This document shows, in pieces, positions 16,869-25,840 of a DNA stretch of 58,929 nucleotides. Location: assembly GCA_035620555.1 (NCBI GenBank), contig DASPGQ010000218.1, forward strand, positions 1 to 58,929, written 5' to 3'. The position numbers and the translations under genes are program-made. The DNA comes from Vicinamibacteria bacterium (GTDB taxonomy: Bacteria; Acidobacteriota; Vicinamibacteria; Marinacidobacterales; SMYC01). The notes below the pieces were generated by a model that searched no databases, was not told where the DNA came from, and saw only the letters and a list, made by a program, of their open reading frames with translations. Numbering within the stretch: the first letter of the stretch is position 1; each line of letters starts with the position of its first letter.

Positions 16869-17611
16869 CTCCCGCTTCCGTCTCGGGGACCCGAGGAACC
16901 ACTGCCGCTGCCGCCGCCTCGATTATCGTTCGGCCGGGCGCCGCCGCCACCCGCGCCGCGTCGCCGGCGAAAGGACCGGCGCCCCCCCCGACCCCGTCGT
17001 CTCTCTCGCGAATCGCGATCCTGACCGGGTTCTCGTCCGACGCGTGGCCGCGGAGGCTCCTCCTGCTCGCGCTCGGGGCGCGAGGGGCCGACGACTCTCT
17101 CGAAAGCCTTCTCGCGCTTGGTTTGGAAGTCGACACGAATGCCGAGGGTTCTGAGACGCGCCTTGATGTTGGAAAGCTCCAGATTCATCCGGGTCATTTC
17201 CTGAGCCATGTTGTGCAGAAGCAAAACATAGTAGCGGTTCAGGTCGGACTGCCGTGACAGCGCGGCAATCATGGGGTTGGGGTTGAAGAACAGCTTCAGA
17301 ACCGGGTTCAGGATCTTGCGGCAGAGCCTGATCAGGCCCCCGCCACCCCCGCGCGACGACGCGTAGATGGTCTCGGGGTCGAAGCTGTAGTTCCATCGCT
17401 CGTCTCTCGCCCGGAAAGCGGCGACGAAATCGCTGTTGAACTCTTGACTATCGAGAACGGCGTCGAGTTGCATTTCTGCGATCTCGCGCACTTCCTCTTC
17501 GGTGTACAAGCCCTTCCGCTTCTGTTCGATCTGCCGGCGGATGTTGGTCATGATGGCTTCGACATCGATGTCCGAGCCTTTGGAGCTGAAGGTAGACATG
17601 AACCTCCTCAT
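16865..17611 (-). CDS. conserved hypothetical protein, first gene of the GT operon; helical N-terminal domain plus Arg/Gly-rich basic tail
   Basis: ATG at 17611, or ATG at 17599 preceded by AGGAGG. The N-terminal part (DIDVEAIMTNIRRQIEQKRK...ILNPVLKLFFNPN...NRYYVLLLHNMAQEM) resembles coiled-coil modules seen in LPS/EPS gene clusters. The last ~70 aa read RERRRGRGGRRSFRRRRGAGGGGARPNDNRGGGSGSGSSG. Confidence 0.6.
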   Translation of the reverse strand: MRRFMSTFSSKGSDIDVEAIMTNIRRQIEQKRKGLYTEEEVREIAEMQLDAVLDSQEFNSDFVAAFRARDERWNYSFDPETIYASSRGGGGGLIRLCRKILNPVLKLFFNPNPMIAALSRQSDLNRYYVLLLHNMAQEMTRMNLELSNIKARLRTLGIRVDFQTKREKAFERVVGPSRPEREQEEPPRPRVGREPGQDRDSRERRRGRGGRRSFRRRRGAGGGGARPNDNRGGGSGSGSSGPRDGSGS

Positions 17612-17660
17612 CGCGTCTGCCGCTTCGCGGCACCGCGCGTCACAAACTGGGCAGTTGTCG

Positions 17661-18587
17661 TTAGGGGAGAGTCAAGCTCGAACGACTGCCGTGGTAGATC
17701 AGCGTGATCACTGTGGCGGCCCAGAGCGCTACTGTCACGAGTATCGGCCTGTCATCGAGGAGGACCCGCGTCGGGTTCCCCCCCTCTTCCTTCTGATGCA
17801 CGAGGTAGAGATAGCGAAAAATCCCATACAAAACAAAAGGAAGGGTCCAGATCATGCGGTCCGTACCGAACCGGTCCACGGTCTCCGGCGCCAGTGTGTA
17901 GAGCGCATAGGAGATGAGGGTCGAGGCCGTAACCACGGCTATCATTTGATCCAAAAGATTTGGGCTGTACTCTCCCAGGATCCTCCGATGCTCCGCCGCT
18001 TCTCTTGCCAGAAATGTGAGCTCTTGCCTCCTCTTGGCGAGCGCGAGAAACAGGGCGAGCAGTAGGGTACATATCAAGAGCCAATTGCTGAAGACGACGC
18101 CGATCGCTACCGCGCCGGCGATCGCCCTCAGCACGAATCCGAACGCCACGACGAGCACGTCGAGTATGACGACGTTCTTCAGGTGAAAGGAATAGGCGGT
18201 CATTGCCACGAGATAGGTGAGCGCGACGGCGGCGAATGGGGCCCCGATGGCGAGGCCGCCGACAAGACCCAGGGCCCCGAGCGCGACCGCTGCCGCAAGG
18301 GCGACCCGGGGCGACAACGCACCCGATGCGATGGGACGCATGCGCTTGACCGGGTGAAGCCGGTCCCCTTCGAGGTCCGCGAGATCGTTCAGGAGGTAGA
18401 TGGCACCGGCGAGGGCACAGAAGACGCCGAAGGCGGCCACCGCCTGAAGTAGCGAATGCGGATCGTACAAACGTTCCGCAAAAATCAGTGCTGCGAGAAC
18501 GACTAGATTCTTGGTCCACTGTTGCGGCCGTATGGCAACGACGAGACTTTGGAGCTGGCGAACGAACCACACCAGCGCGTCCGACAT
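17661..18587 (-). CDS. UbiA-family decaprenyl-phosphate phosphoribosyltransferase homolog (DPPR synthase-like)
   Basis: ORF 17661-18644 (TTG). I prefer ATG 18587 (MSDALVWF...), with GGGGAG 6 nt upstream. AIRPQQWTKNLVVLAA, YLLNDLADLEGDRLHPVKRMRPIASG and VLRAIAGAVA are colinear with mycobacterial Rv3806c as I recall it. About 8 TM helices. Confidence 0.75.
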   Translation of the reverse strand: MSDALVWFVRQLQSLVVAIRPQQWTKNLVVLAALIFAERLYDPHSLLQAVAAFGVFCALAGAIYLLNDLADLEGDRLHPVKRMRPIASGALSPRVALAAAVALGALGLVGGLAIGAPFAAVALTYLVAMTAYSFHLKNVVILDVLVVAFGFVLRAIAGAVAIGVVFSNWLLICTLLLALFLALAKRRQELTFLAREAAEHRRILGEYSPNLLDQMIAVVTASTLISYALYTLAPETVDRFGTDRMIWTLPFVLYGIFRYLYLVHQKEEGGNPTRVLLDDRPILVTVALWAATVITLIYHGSRSSLTLP

Positions 18588-18640
18588 CGGGAACTCCCCT
18601 GACTGGGGTTTCAAAACGCTCGTCTCGCGCGGCGATCGGA

Positions 18641-18979
18641 TCAACCGAAGCTCTTGACTACCTCTTCCTCGCTTTCGTAGGTCTCGAAGACCGTCAAGAG
18701 TTTGGTGATGGATAGCAGATCGTGAATACGCTTCGTCAGGTTCAGGAGCTTCAGCTTACCGTCTTTGCGGCTGACCGTCGTATAACAGCGGACGATTTCG
18801 CCGAGGCCAGCGCTATCAACGTAGGGTACTTCTCCCAGATTCAAAACGATCTTCGTGGTCCCGTTCTCCACCAACGTATTGATCTTCTCGCGAAGCAGTT
18901 CGTCACCCTCGCCGATGAGCATCTTCCCCTGGAGATCCAAGATGGTGACCCCTCCCACTGCTCTTTCCTCGATTTTCAT
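18641..18979 (-). CDS. STAS-domain anti-sigma-factor antagonist (SpoIIAA-like)
   Basis: The 112-aa sequence MKIEERAVGGVTILDLQGKM...LNLGEVPYVDSAGLGEIV...LKLLNLTKRIHDLLSITKL matches the STAS fold pattern, including the phosphorylatable DSAG serine. Confidence 0.8.
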   Translation of the reverse strand: MKIEERAVGGVTILDLQGKMLIGEGDELLREKINTLVENGTTKIVLNLGEVPYVDSAGLGEIVRCYTTVSRKDGKLKLLNLTKRIHDLLSITKLLTVFETYESEEEVVKSFG

Positions 18980-19126
18980 TGCTAAGAATTCCTCCTAGAC
19001 TTAGCGGGACTACTCTTGCAGTCCGACAGAACTACCACATCCGGCAAACCCTGTCAAACTATTTGAGTCGACGCCAGTTATCCGCATGACCCCTGGTGAG
19101 ATTATGTTACACTCGGGCGCGACCCA

Positions 19127-20128
19127 ATGGTTGACTCCTTCCTTCGGAGCCTGCAGGAGCGCGCCTCGAGCCGGCTCCGACGCATCGTCCTCCCCGAGGC
19201 TACCGAGTCGAGGACGCTTTCCGCGGCGGTCGAGATGAAAGCCCGCGGCGTCGCCGAGCCCGTTCTTCTGGGTGAGCCGGACGCGGTGCGAAGAGCGGCC
19301 TTGGACGCCGGGATTGCGGCCGCAAAGCTCGACGGCCTCGAGGTGATCCCGACGACAGGTCCCGTCGCCGATCGATACGGGGCCCGCCTGCATCAGATCG
19401 TTCGGCGAAGAGGCATCTCCGAAGACGAGGCCCGCCATCGAGCGCGCGATCCGCTGTATTTCGGTGCCCTGATGGTCGAGGCGGGTCAAGCAGCGGGCTA
19501 TGTCGCCGGCGCAAAGGCCAGCACGGCGGAAGTTCTGCGACCGGCCATCTGGGTGTTCGGCACGCAGGATGGGATCCGTAGAGTGTCCAGCTTCTTCCTG
19601 ATGAGCTTTCCCGACGAACGTGGCCAATTCGTTTTTGCGGACTGCGCCGTTTTGCCTGAGCCGAGCCCGAGCGAGCTCGCGGAGATTGCCATCCTCGCCG
19701 CGTCCAACACGAGGCTCTTTCTCGGCGTCGAGCCGAAGGTGGCCCTTCTGTCCTTCTCGACCAAGGGGAGCGCCGACCATCCTCGCACCCGCAGAATCAT
19801 CGAGGCGTTCGAAACGCTGAGATCGAGAGCGCCGAGCCTTCTGGCCGATGGCGAGCTTCAAGCCGACGCCGCGATCGTACCCTCCGTCGGTCAAAGAAAG
19901 GCGCCCGCCAGCTCCGTCGCCGGACATGCAAACACGCTCATCTTTCCCGACCTCGATTCCGGCAACATCGCCTGCAAGCTGGTCGAACGATTGGCCGGTG
20001 CCTCGGCCATCGGACCCATCCTCCAGGGACTGGCAGCCCCGGCGAACGATCTCTCCCGAGGTTGCAGCATCGAGGATATCGTAAACGTTGCGGCCATCAC
20101 GTCCCTCCAGGCGGGCGAGGCGCGATGA
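19127..20128 (+). CDS. pta: phosphate acetyltransferase (short form)
   Basis: 333 aa. RIVLPEATESRTL at the N-terminus, ANTLIFPDLDSGNIACKLVERL and GPILQGLAAPANDLSRGCS at the C-terminus are classical Pta motifs. Confidence 0.9.
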   Translation: MVDSFLRSLQERASSRLRRIVLPEATESRTLSAAVEMKARGVAEPVLLGEPDAVRRAALDAGIAAAKLDGLEVIPTTGPVADRYGARLHQIVRRRGISEDEARHRARDPLYFGALMVEAGQAAGYVAGAKASTAEVLRPAIWVFGTQDGIRRVSSFFLMSFPDERGQFVFADCAVLPEPSPSELAEIAILAASNTRLFLGVEPKVALLSFSTKGSADHPRTRRIIEAFETLRSRAPSLLADGELQADAAIVPSVGQRKAPASSVAGHANTLIFPDLDSGNIACKLVERLAGASAIGPILQGLAAPANDLSRGCSIEDIVNVAAITSLQAGEAR

Positions 20129-20159
20129 CCGCAGCGGGATTCGAAAATCAGTTCAAGCG

Positions 20160-20360
<201 letters not shown>

Positions 20361-20597
20361 ATCCGCTCAACCTCCCTTCGTCGCCGGGACCGCTCGTGCC
20401 CAAGGGGACACGAGCCGCCGGCACCTGGATTTCGAGTTGGATGCGAAAGCGTGGGTGCGGCCTCTCTTCGAGCTTCCGGCCCAAATACCCAGCATAAGAG
20501 ACACCTTTTCCTTCTGTCAAGTGTTCCGAACGGATCGCGCGGCTCGATCACGTTAATCTATTGATAGAATGACTTTTACATCGACAAGGATTGACCG

Positions 20598-21893
20598 TTG
20601 AGAGTGCTCGTAATCGGAGGCGGTGGGCGCGAGCACGCGCTCGTGTGGAAGATCCGACAGAGTTCCGAAGTCAAGGAGGTCTACTGCGCGCCGGGCAATG
20701 CGGGAATTGCCTCGCTCGCCGACTGCGTGAACATCGATCCGTCCGATATCGTCGAGCTCGCGGATTTCGCCGAGAAGCTCTCGATCGAGCTCACGGTCGT
20801 GGGGCCGGAGCTGCCGCTGATTCTCGGGGCGGTCGACGAGTTCGAGCGACGCGGCCTTCCCGTCTTCGGGCCCAACCGTGCCGCAGCTGAGCTCGAGGGG
20901 AGCAAGACTTTCGCTAAAGACTTTCTTCGTCGCCACGACATCCCCACGGCGCGCTACCGCTCGGTGAATAGCAGAGAGGAAGCGCAGTCGGTCATTGGCG
21001 ACGGCGAGTTTGGATTCCCCTTGGTCATCAAGGCGGACGGGCTCGCGGCGGGAAAGGGTGTCACCATCGTCGAGAGCCCCGAAGAGGCGCGCGCATTTCT
21101 CGACAAGCGAATCGGAGAGCGTCACCCGGGGAGCGCGGGCTCCAAGCTGGTCATCGAGGAGTTCCTCGAGGGAGACGAGGTCTCGTTCTTCGCACTCTCC
21201 GACGGACACAACGTCCTTCCCTTGGTGGCGGCGCAGGACTTCAAACGCGCTCGAGACGAGGACAAAGGACCGAATACGGGTGGGATGGGGGCAATCTGTC
21301 CGGCGACGATCTTTCACGCCGAGACCCTGAAGGGAATCGTTCGGGATATCGTCCACCCCACCATCTCCGGCTTGGCGGCCGACGGTCGGAAATACCAGGG
21401 CATCCTCTATTGTGGCCTCATGGTCACGGCCGATGGACCGAAGGTGCTCGAGTTCAACGTTCGGCTCGGCGATCCGGAAGCCCAGGCCATTCTCCCTCGG
21501 TTGAAATCCGACCTGGTTCCCTTGTTACAGGAGGTCGCGAACGGCAGGCTTGGCCAGCATCGTATCGAGTGGACCCGTGAGCCCGCCGTCACCGTCGTGC
21601 TCGCTTCCGGTGGCTACCCCGGAAGCTACCAAACCGGTTTTCCGATCGAGGGGCTCGAAAACGAGAACGTCGAGAACGGCAGGGATACCTACGTGTTCCA
21701 CGCCGGAACGAAAAAGGAGGGGGGGTCTCTCGTGACATCCGGCGGGAGAGTGCTCGCGGTCACCGCCCTCGGGGGAAACTTGAAAGCCGCTATCGAGCGC
21801 GCCTATGAGAGTGTCGACAAAATACGTTTCGAAGGACGTCATTTCCGCAGCGATATCGGACGACGTGCATTGGCTCGCTTATCGGGAGGTTGA
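20598..21893 (+). CDS. purD: phosphoribosylamine--glycine ligase
   Basis: TTG start, then [20 protein letters not shown]-grasp body and C-terminal [11 protein letters not shown]. An extended -10-like TGATAGAAT lies about 25 nt upstream. Confidence 0.95.
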   Translation: MRVLVIGGGGREHALVWKIRQSSEVKEVYCAPGNAGIASLADCVNIDPSDIVELADFAEKLSIELTVVGPELPLILGAVDEFERRGLPVFGPNRAAAELEGSKTFAKDFLRRHDIPTARYRSVNSREEAQSVIGDGEFGFPLVIKADGLAAGKGVTIVESPEEARAFLDKRIGERHPGSAGSKLVIEEFLEGDEVSFFALSDGHNVLPLVAAQDFKRARDEDKGPNTGGMGAICPATIFHAETLKGIVRDIVHPTISGLAADGRKYQGILYCGLMVTADGPKVLEFNVRLGDPEAQAILPRLKSDLVPLLQEVANGRLGQHRIEWTREPAVTVVLASGGYPGSYQTGFPIEGLENENVENGRDTYVFHAGTKKEGGSLVTSGGRVLAVTALGGNLKAAIERAYESVDKIRFEGRHFRSDIGRRALARLSGG

Positions 21894-22402
21894 AGCTCAT
21901 CGTGTCAGCGAAAGTAATCATCGTGATGGGAAGCGCGTCGGACGAGGAGGTCATGAAGGAAGCCTATGCCGTCCTGCGCGAGCTCGAGGTTCCCTGTGAA
22001 ATGGGCGTGTACTCGGCCCACCGCACACCCGACAGGGCTGCCCGACTGGCCCTCGAAGCTGCCTCTCGAGGCATCAAGGTGCTGATCGCGGGCGCCGGAG
22101 CGGCGGCTCATCTCGCGGGAGCGCTCGCAGCACGTACCAATCTTCCGGTGATCGGAGTGCCACTCGCGGCGACGCCTCTCGCGGGACTGGATGCGCTTTT
22201 GGCGACGGTTCAGATGCCAGCCGGCTTTCCCGTAGCCACGATGGCCATCGGCAAGCCGGGCGCACGTAACGCCGCGTTTCTCGCCGCCCAGATCCTCGCG
22301 ACCGAGGACGAAGCGCTCGCCGAGCGACTTCGGATGTGGCGCGAGGGGAAAGCTCGCGAGGTCGAGGAGGCGTCGCGGAAGATGGGCGGCTCGGAGGATT
22401 AG
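21890..22402 (+). CDS. purE: 5-(carboxyamino)imidazole ribonucleotide mutase
   Basis: [33 protein letters not shown] and PVIGVPL are PurE class I motifs. The start is ambiguous: TTG 21890 overlaps the purD stop, or GTG 21902. Confidence 0.9.
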   Translation: MKLIVSAKVIIVMGSASDEEVMKEAYAVLRELEVPCEMGVYSAHRTPDRAARLALEAASRGIKVLIAGAGAAAHLAGALAARTNLPVIGVPLAATPLAGLDALLATVQMPAGFPVATMAIGKPGARNAAFLAAQILATEDEALAERLRMWREGKAREVEEASRKMGGSED

Positions 22403-22414
22403 TCTCGGGCCTAG

Positions 22415-22441
22415 CAGGGTGATGAAACTCAACCCACCCTG
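22415..22441 (+). terminator. stem-loop 13 nt after the purE stop (possible terminator, no U-tract)
   Basis: CAGGGTG (22415-22421) pairs with CACCCTG (22435-22441). 7-bp stem, 13-nt loop. Confidence 0.3.
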
Positions 22442-22545
22442 CGCGAGCGGAGCGAGCCCGGCGCAATCGTCCGCATGGGGCTCCTTCGAGGGTATGAGAT
22501 GTGAGCACGCAGTGCGAATAATGGCCGCGTCGTAAGCAGCCCGAG

Positions 22546-22581
22546 CCGTGGCGGCACGATCGATTGCGGGTCCCGCCACGG
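22546..22581 (-). terminator. stem-loop 12 nt downstream of the rlmN stop (possible terminator, no U-tract)
   Basis: CCGTGGCGG (22546-22554) pairs with CCGCCACGG (22573-22581). 9-bp GC-rich stem, 18-nt loop. Confidence 0.3.
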
Positions 22582-22592
22582 CATTGAGCACT

Positions 22593-23612
22593 CTACCGAT
22601 TCGCCAGCTGCCCGCACGCGGCAAGAACGTCATCCCCCCGGCTCCGCCTCAAGCTCACGGTAAGCCCGGACGTCGTCAAGAGATCGACGAACCGGTCGGT
22701 CTTCTCGTCGGTGGAGCGACGATGCGGCGAGCCGGGCCAGGGATTGTAGGTGATGAGGTTGACTTTCGCGCGAATGCCTTGAAGCAGTCCGGCGAGCCTC
22801 GAGGCGTCGGCTGCGGTGTCGTTCTCGCCTTCGAGGAGCACGTACTCGAACGTGATTCGGCGGCGGCGAGGAAGCGGGAGGTTCCGGGCCACCGCCAGCA
22901 ATTCTCCAAGCGGGTGCGCGCGGTTGATGGGCATGATGCGATCGCGTGAGGAATCCGTGGTCGCGTGCAGGCTGATCGCAAGGCCCACCGCGGGTGCATT
23001 CTTGGCGAAATCCTCGAGCTCGGCAGGCAGTCCTGCGGTCGAAACGGTAATTCGGCGAGGAGACACGCCGTAACCGTCCTCATCGGTAAGGATCCGAAGC
23101 GCCTCGATGACCGCCTCCTGATTCAGAAGCGGCTCGCCCATGCCCATGAAGACGATGTTCCTCCTCGCCGGAGCGATTTCTCGATCGCCGAGGGCGAGAC
23201 GGTACTGGCCCAAGATCTCGCCCACCGTCAGGTTGCGTTCGAGTCCGATGGTCCCGGTGAAGCAGAAACTGCATTTCAGAGGACAGCCGACCTGGGTGGA
23301 GAGGCAAAACGTGTGCCGCTTTCCATCGGGGATGTATACGGTTTCGACGTTCCGCCCATCCTGAAGCGAGAGCTGATATTTGATGGTTCCATCGATCGAA
23401 GCTCGTCGCGATCGAACGTTTGGGAGACGAATCACGTAGTCATGGGCCAGCTCGTCTCGGAGCTTTCGAGGCAAGTCGGTCATCGCTTCGAAGCTCGCCG
23501 CTCCCCGGGCGTACATCCATCGGAAAATCTGTCTTCCGCGGAAGGCGGGACGACCGCGCGCGAGCATCTCGCCCTCGAGCGACGTCCGCGAGAGCCCAAA
23601 GAGATTGATCAT
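22593..23612 (-). CDS. rlmN: 23S rRNA/tRNA (adenine-C2)-methyltransferase RlmN (radical SAM)
   Basis: ORF 22593-23912. The true start is ATG 23612 (MINLFGLSRTSLEGEM...FRGRQIFRWMY). Radical SAM motif GCPLKCSFCFTG. Also MGMGEPLLN and the C-terminal Cys in ACGQL. Confidence 0.9.
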   Translation of the reverse strand: MINLFGLSRTSLEGEMLARGRPAFRGRQIFRWMYARGAASFEAMTDLPRKLRDELAHDYVIRLPNVRSRRASIDGTIKYQLSLQDGRNVETVYIPDGKRHTFCLSTQVGCPLKCSFCFTGTIGLERNLTVGEILGQYRLALGDREIAPARRNIVFMGMGEPLLNQEAVIEALRILTDEDGYGVSPRRITVSTAGLPAELEDFAKNAPAVGLAISLHATTDSSRDRIMPINRAHPLGELLAVARNLPLPRRRRITFEYVLLEGENDTAADASRLAGLLQGIRAKVNLITYNPWPGSPHRRSTDEKTDRFVDLLTTSGLTVSLRRSRGDDVLAACGQLANR

Positions 23613-23751
23613 CGACCCATCGTAACGCAATTGGCACGCCTTCTCTCGAGCCGAGCTCCCAGAGAACCCCGAAGGAGATCCTTTTTGACCCGGCTCCACG
23701 GCGTATGCTAACCTCAAAAGTCCCACCAGCCAGAAGGTCGAGGCAAAGGAC

Positions 23752-25005
23752 GTGTTCCGCAAAAGTATTCTACCAAATGAACTTACAGTCCTCACTGAGA
23801 GGATGGACGGCGTACGGTCGGTCGCCATGGGCATCTGGCTCCGGCGCGGAAGTCGGGACGAAAACGACGGTGAGGGCGGGCTCGCCCACTTCATCGAGCA
23901 CATGGTTTTCAAGGGGACCGAGAAGCGCAGCCAAGCTCAGATCGCTCAGGAAATGGACGCGATCGGCGGCCAGACGGATGCCTTCACCACGCAGGAGTAC
24001 GCGGGCTTCCACGTCAAGGTTCTCGATCAGCACGTCCCTCGAGCGGTAGACCTGCTCTCGGACATCGTGCTATCGCCACGCTTCGATCGCGACGAGCTCG
24101 AACGCGAACGTCGGGTGATCTTCGAGGAGATCAAAACGGTCGAAGACAACCCCGAGGAGTTCGCCCACGAGCTCTTCGCCCAGGCTTTCTGGCCCGATCA
24201 CCCACTGGGTCGTCCGATCCTCGGCCAACCGGAAACCGTCGCGCGCTTCGATCGTGACGACCTGCTGCGCTTTTTCCGACGGACTTATGCCCCCAGCAAC
24301 ATGATCGTCGTCGCCGCCGGCAACGTGGAGCACGAACAGCTCTTGTCTCTGGTCGAGAGCCGATTCGCCAGGCTCGAGACGCCACCGGACGGGATCCTTG
24401 CCACTCCGCCTCAGCCATCGATGACCGTGAGGCTCGAGGACAAGGATCTGGAACAGGCTCACATCGTGCTCGGGACGGTGGCTCCTAGCCAAACGTCCTC
24501 CGACCGCTTCGTCTCTTACGTCCTGAATGCCATCCTCGGAGGAAGTCTGAGCTCACGTCTCTTTCAAGTCATTCGTGAGGAGCACGGGCTCGCCTACACG
24601 GTCTATTCGGCCCTATCGGCGTTCTCCGACGCCGGTCAACTCATGGTCTACGCTGGCTCGGACCCGAAGAAAGTGCCCGAAGTGGTCGATCTCGTTCTGC
24701 ACGAGCTTCGCCTCATCCGCGATATTCCCGTCCAGGTGGAGGAGCTCCGCCGTGCCAAAGACCACCTCTGTGGAAGTATACTAATGGGACTCGAATCGAC
24801 GGACGCGCGCATGTCACAGCTTGCCCGACAGGAGTTGTATTTCGGTCGACATATCGCGACCGAGGAAGCCATCCAGGGGATCGATTCCGTCACTGCCGAT
24901 GACTTGCTGCGTTTGGCGTCCTCGATTTTCCAGCGCCCCCTCGCCATGACGGTTGTGGGAAGGCTCGGGCGCCTCGAGTGGATCCCGGAGAGCCTGGTTG
25001 CCTGA
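23752..25005 (+). CDS. M16-family zinc peptidase (insulinase-like)
   Basis: GTG start. Inverted zinc motif HFIEHMVFKGT (HxxEH) and a downstream Glu in REVIFEEI-type context (RRVIFEEIK). 417 aa with the two-lobe M16 layout. Confidence 0.85.
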   Translation: MFRKSILPNELTVLTERMDGVRSVAMGIWLRRGSRDENDGEGGLAHFIEHMVFKGTEKRSQAQIAQEMDAIGGQTDAFTTQEYAGFHVKVLDQHVPRAVDLLSDIVLSPRFDRDELERERRVIFEEIKTVEDNPEEFAHELFAQAFWPDHPLGRPILGQPETVARFDRDDLLRFFRRTYAPSNMIVVAAGNVEHEQLLSLVESRFARLETPPDGILATPPQPSMTVRLEDKDLEQAHIVLGTVAPSQTSSDRFVSYVLNAILGGSLSSRLFQVIREEHGLAYTVYSALSAFSDAGQLMVYAGSDPKKVPEVVDLVLHELRLIRDIPVQVEELRRAKDHLCGSILMGLESTDARMSQLARQELYFGRHIATEEAIQGIDSVTADDLLRLASSIFQRPLAMTVVGRLGRLEWIPESLVA

Positions 25006-25840
25006 GCTCCACGTCTCGGTTCTGGGAAGTGGAAGTGCAGGCAACGTCACCTTCGCCTCGGATGGTTCGAGCAGGCTTCTTCTCGACGCCGGTCTGGCGT
25101 GCCGGGAGATCGAGCGCCGTCTCGGACTCCTGGGAGTCGCTCCAAGGGATCTCCACGGGGTTCTACTCTCGCACGAGCACGGCGACCACGCGAGAGGAGC
25201 CTGGCGGTTCTGCGGGAAACACAAGATCCCTCTCTACGCGACGGAAGGAACCTTCCGCCGGATGCCCCGAGCTTCGAGCAAGGAAATCGATTGGGTACGC
25301 GTCCGGTCGGGCTCGAGCGTCAAGCTGGGCAGGCTGACCGTCGATCTCTTCCCCACCCCACACGATGCCGCCGATCCGGTCGGCTTCCGTCTCCGTCGAG
25401 GCAAGCTAGCCTTCGGGCACGTGACCGATATCGGCCACGTGTCCGAGACCGTGGTGGACGGGCTCCGCGGCAGCACCGCCATCCTGATCGAGTCGAATCA
25501 CGACGTGGAGATGCTCCGGGAGAGCGACTATCCCGACTCGCTCAAGGATCGGGTCCGAAGCCAGCTTGGGCACCTATCCAACGAGGCGCTCGCGCTCTAT
25601 CTCGAGCATCGCCTCCCGGACTCGGTGCGACACCTCTTTCTCGCGCACCTCTCCCAGAACAACAACCACGAGCGGCTTGCGCTGGATAGTTGTTACGACG
25701 CGCTACGGCGGCGAGGAGGTTTCTTGCCCAAGGTGCATCTCACCTATCCCGATCGACCCACGCCCCTTTTGCGCCTCACCGAGCCCAAGGCAACCACCGA
25801 CAGCTTCGCCCAACGTGCATTGGTCTTCGAGACATGCTGA
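24998..25840 (+). CDS. MBL-fold metallo-hydrolase
   Basis: ORF 24953-25840. TTG 24998 gives LPELHVSVLGSGSAGN, and HEHGDHARG is the HxHxDH motif. Its stop overlaps the purB start (ATGCTGA). The start position is uncertain. Confidence 0.75.
   Translation: MPELHVSVLGSGSAGNVTFASDGSSRLLLDAGLACREIERRLGLLGVAPRDLHGVLLSHEHGDHARGAWRFCGKHKIPLYATEGTFRRMPRASSKEIDWVRVRSGSSVKLGRLTVDLFPTPHDAADPVGFRLRRGKLAFGHVTDIGHVSETVVDGLRGSTAILIESNHDVEMLRESDYPDSLKDRVRSQLGHLSNEALALYLEHRLPDSVRHLFLAHLSQNNNHERLALDSCYDALRRRGGFLPKVHLTYPDRPTPLLRLTEPKATTDSFAQRALVFETC

Noticed and set aside
8583-18587. Functional link between rpiA (ribose-5-phosphate supply) and the DPPR-synthase homolog
   Set aside because: The genes are 8 kb apart, in different transcription units, and separated by a plus-strand gene. 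rpiA is a housekeeping gene, so proximity is probably coincidental.
23613-23912. 5' extensions offered by the ORF track: rlmN to 23912, purB from 25690, GT4 to 13832, binding protein to 47979, hpaB-like to 49910, amidohydrolase to 50716, MFS from 50575, protease from 44911
   Set aside because: The extensions overlap neighbouring genes or intergenic DNA and encode R/S/P-rich junk. They are absent from the conserved N-termini I know for these families. Internal starts with SD sites or stop/start overlaps fit better.
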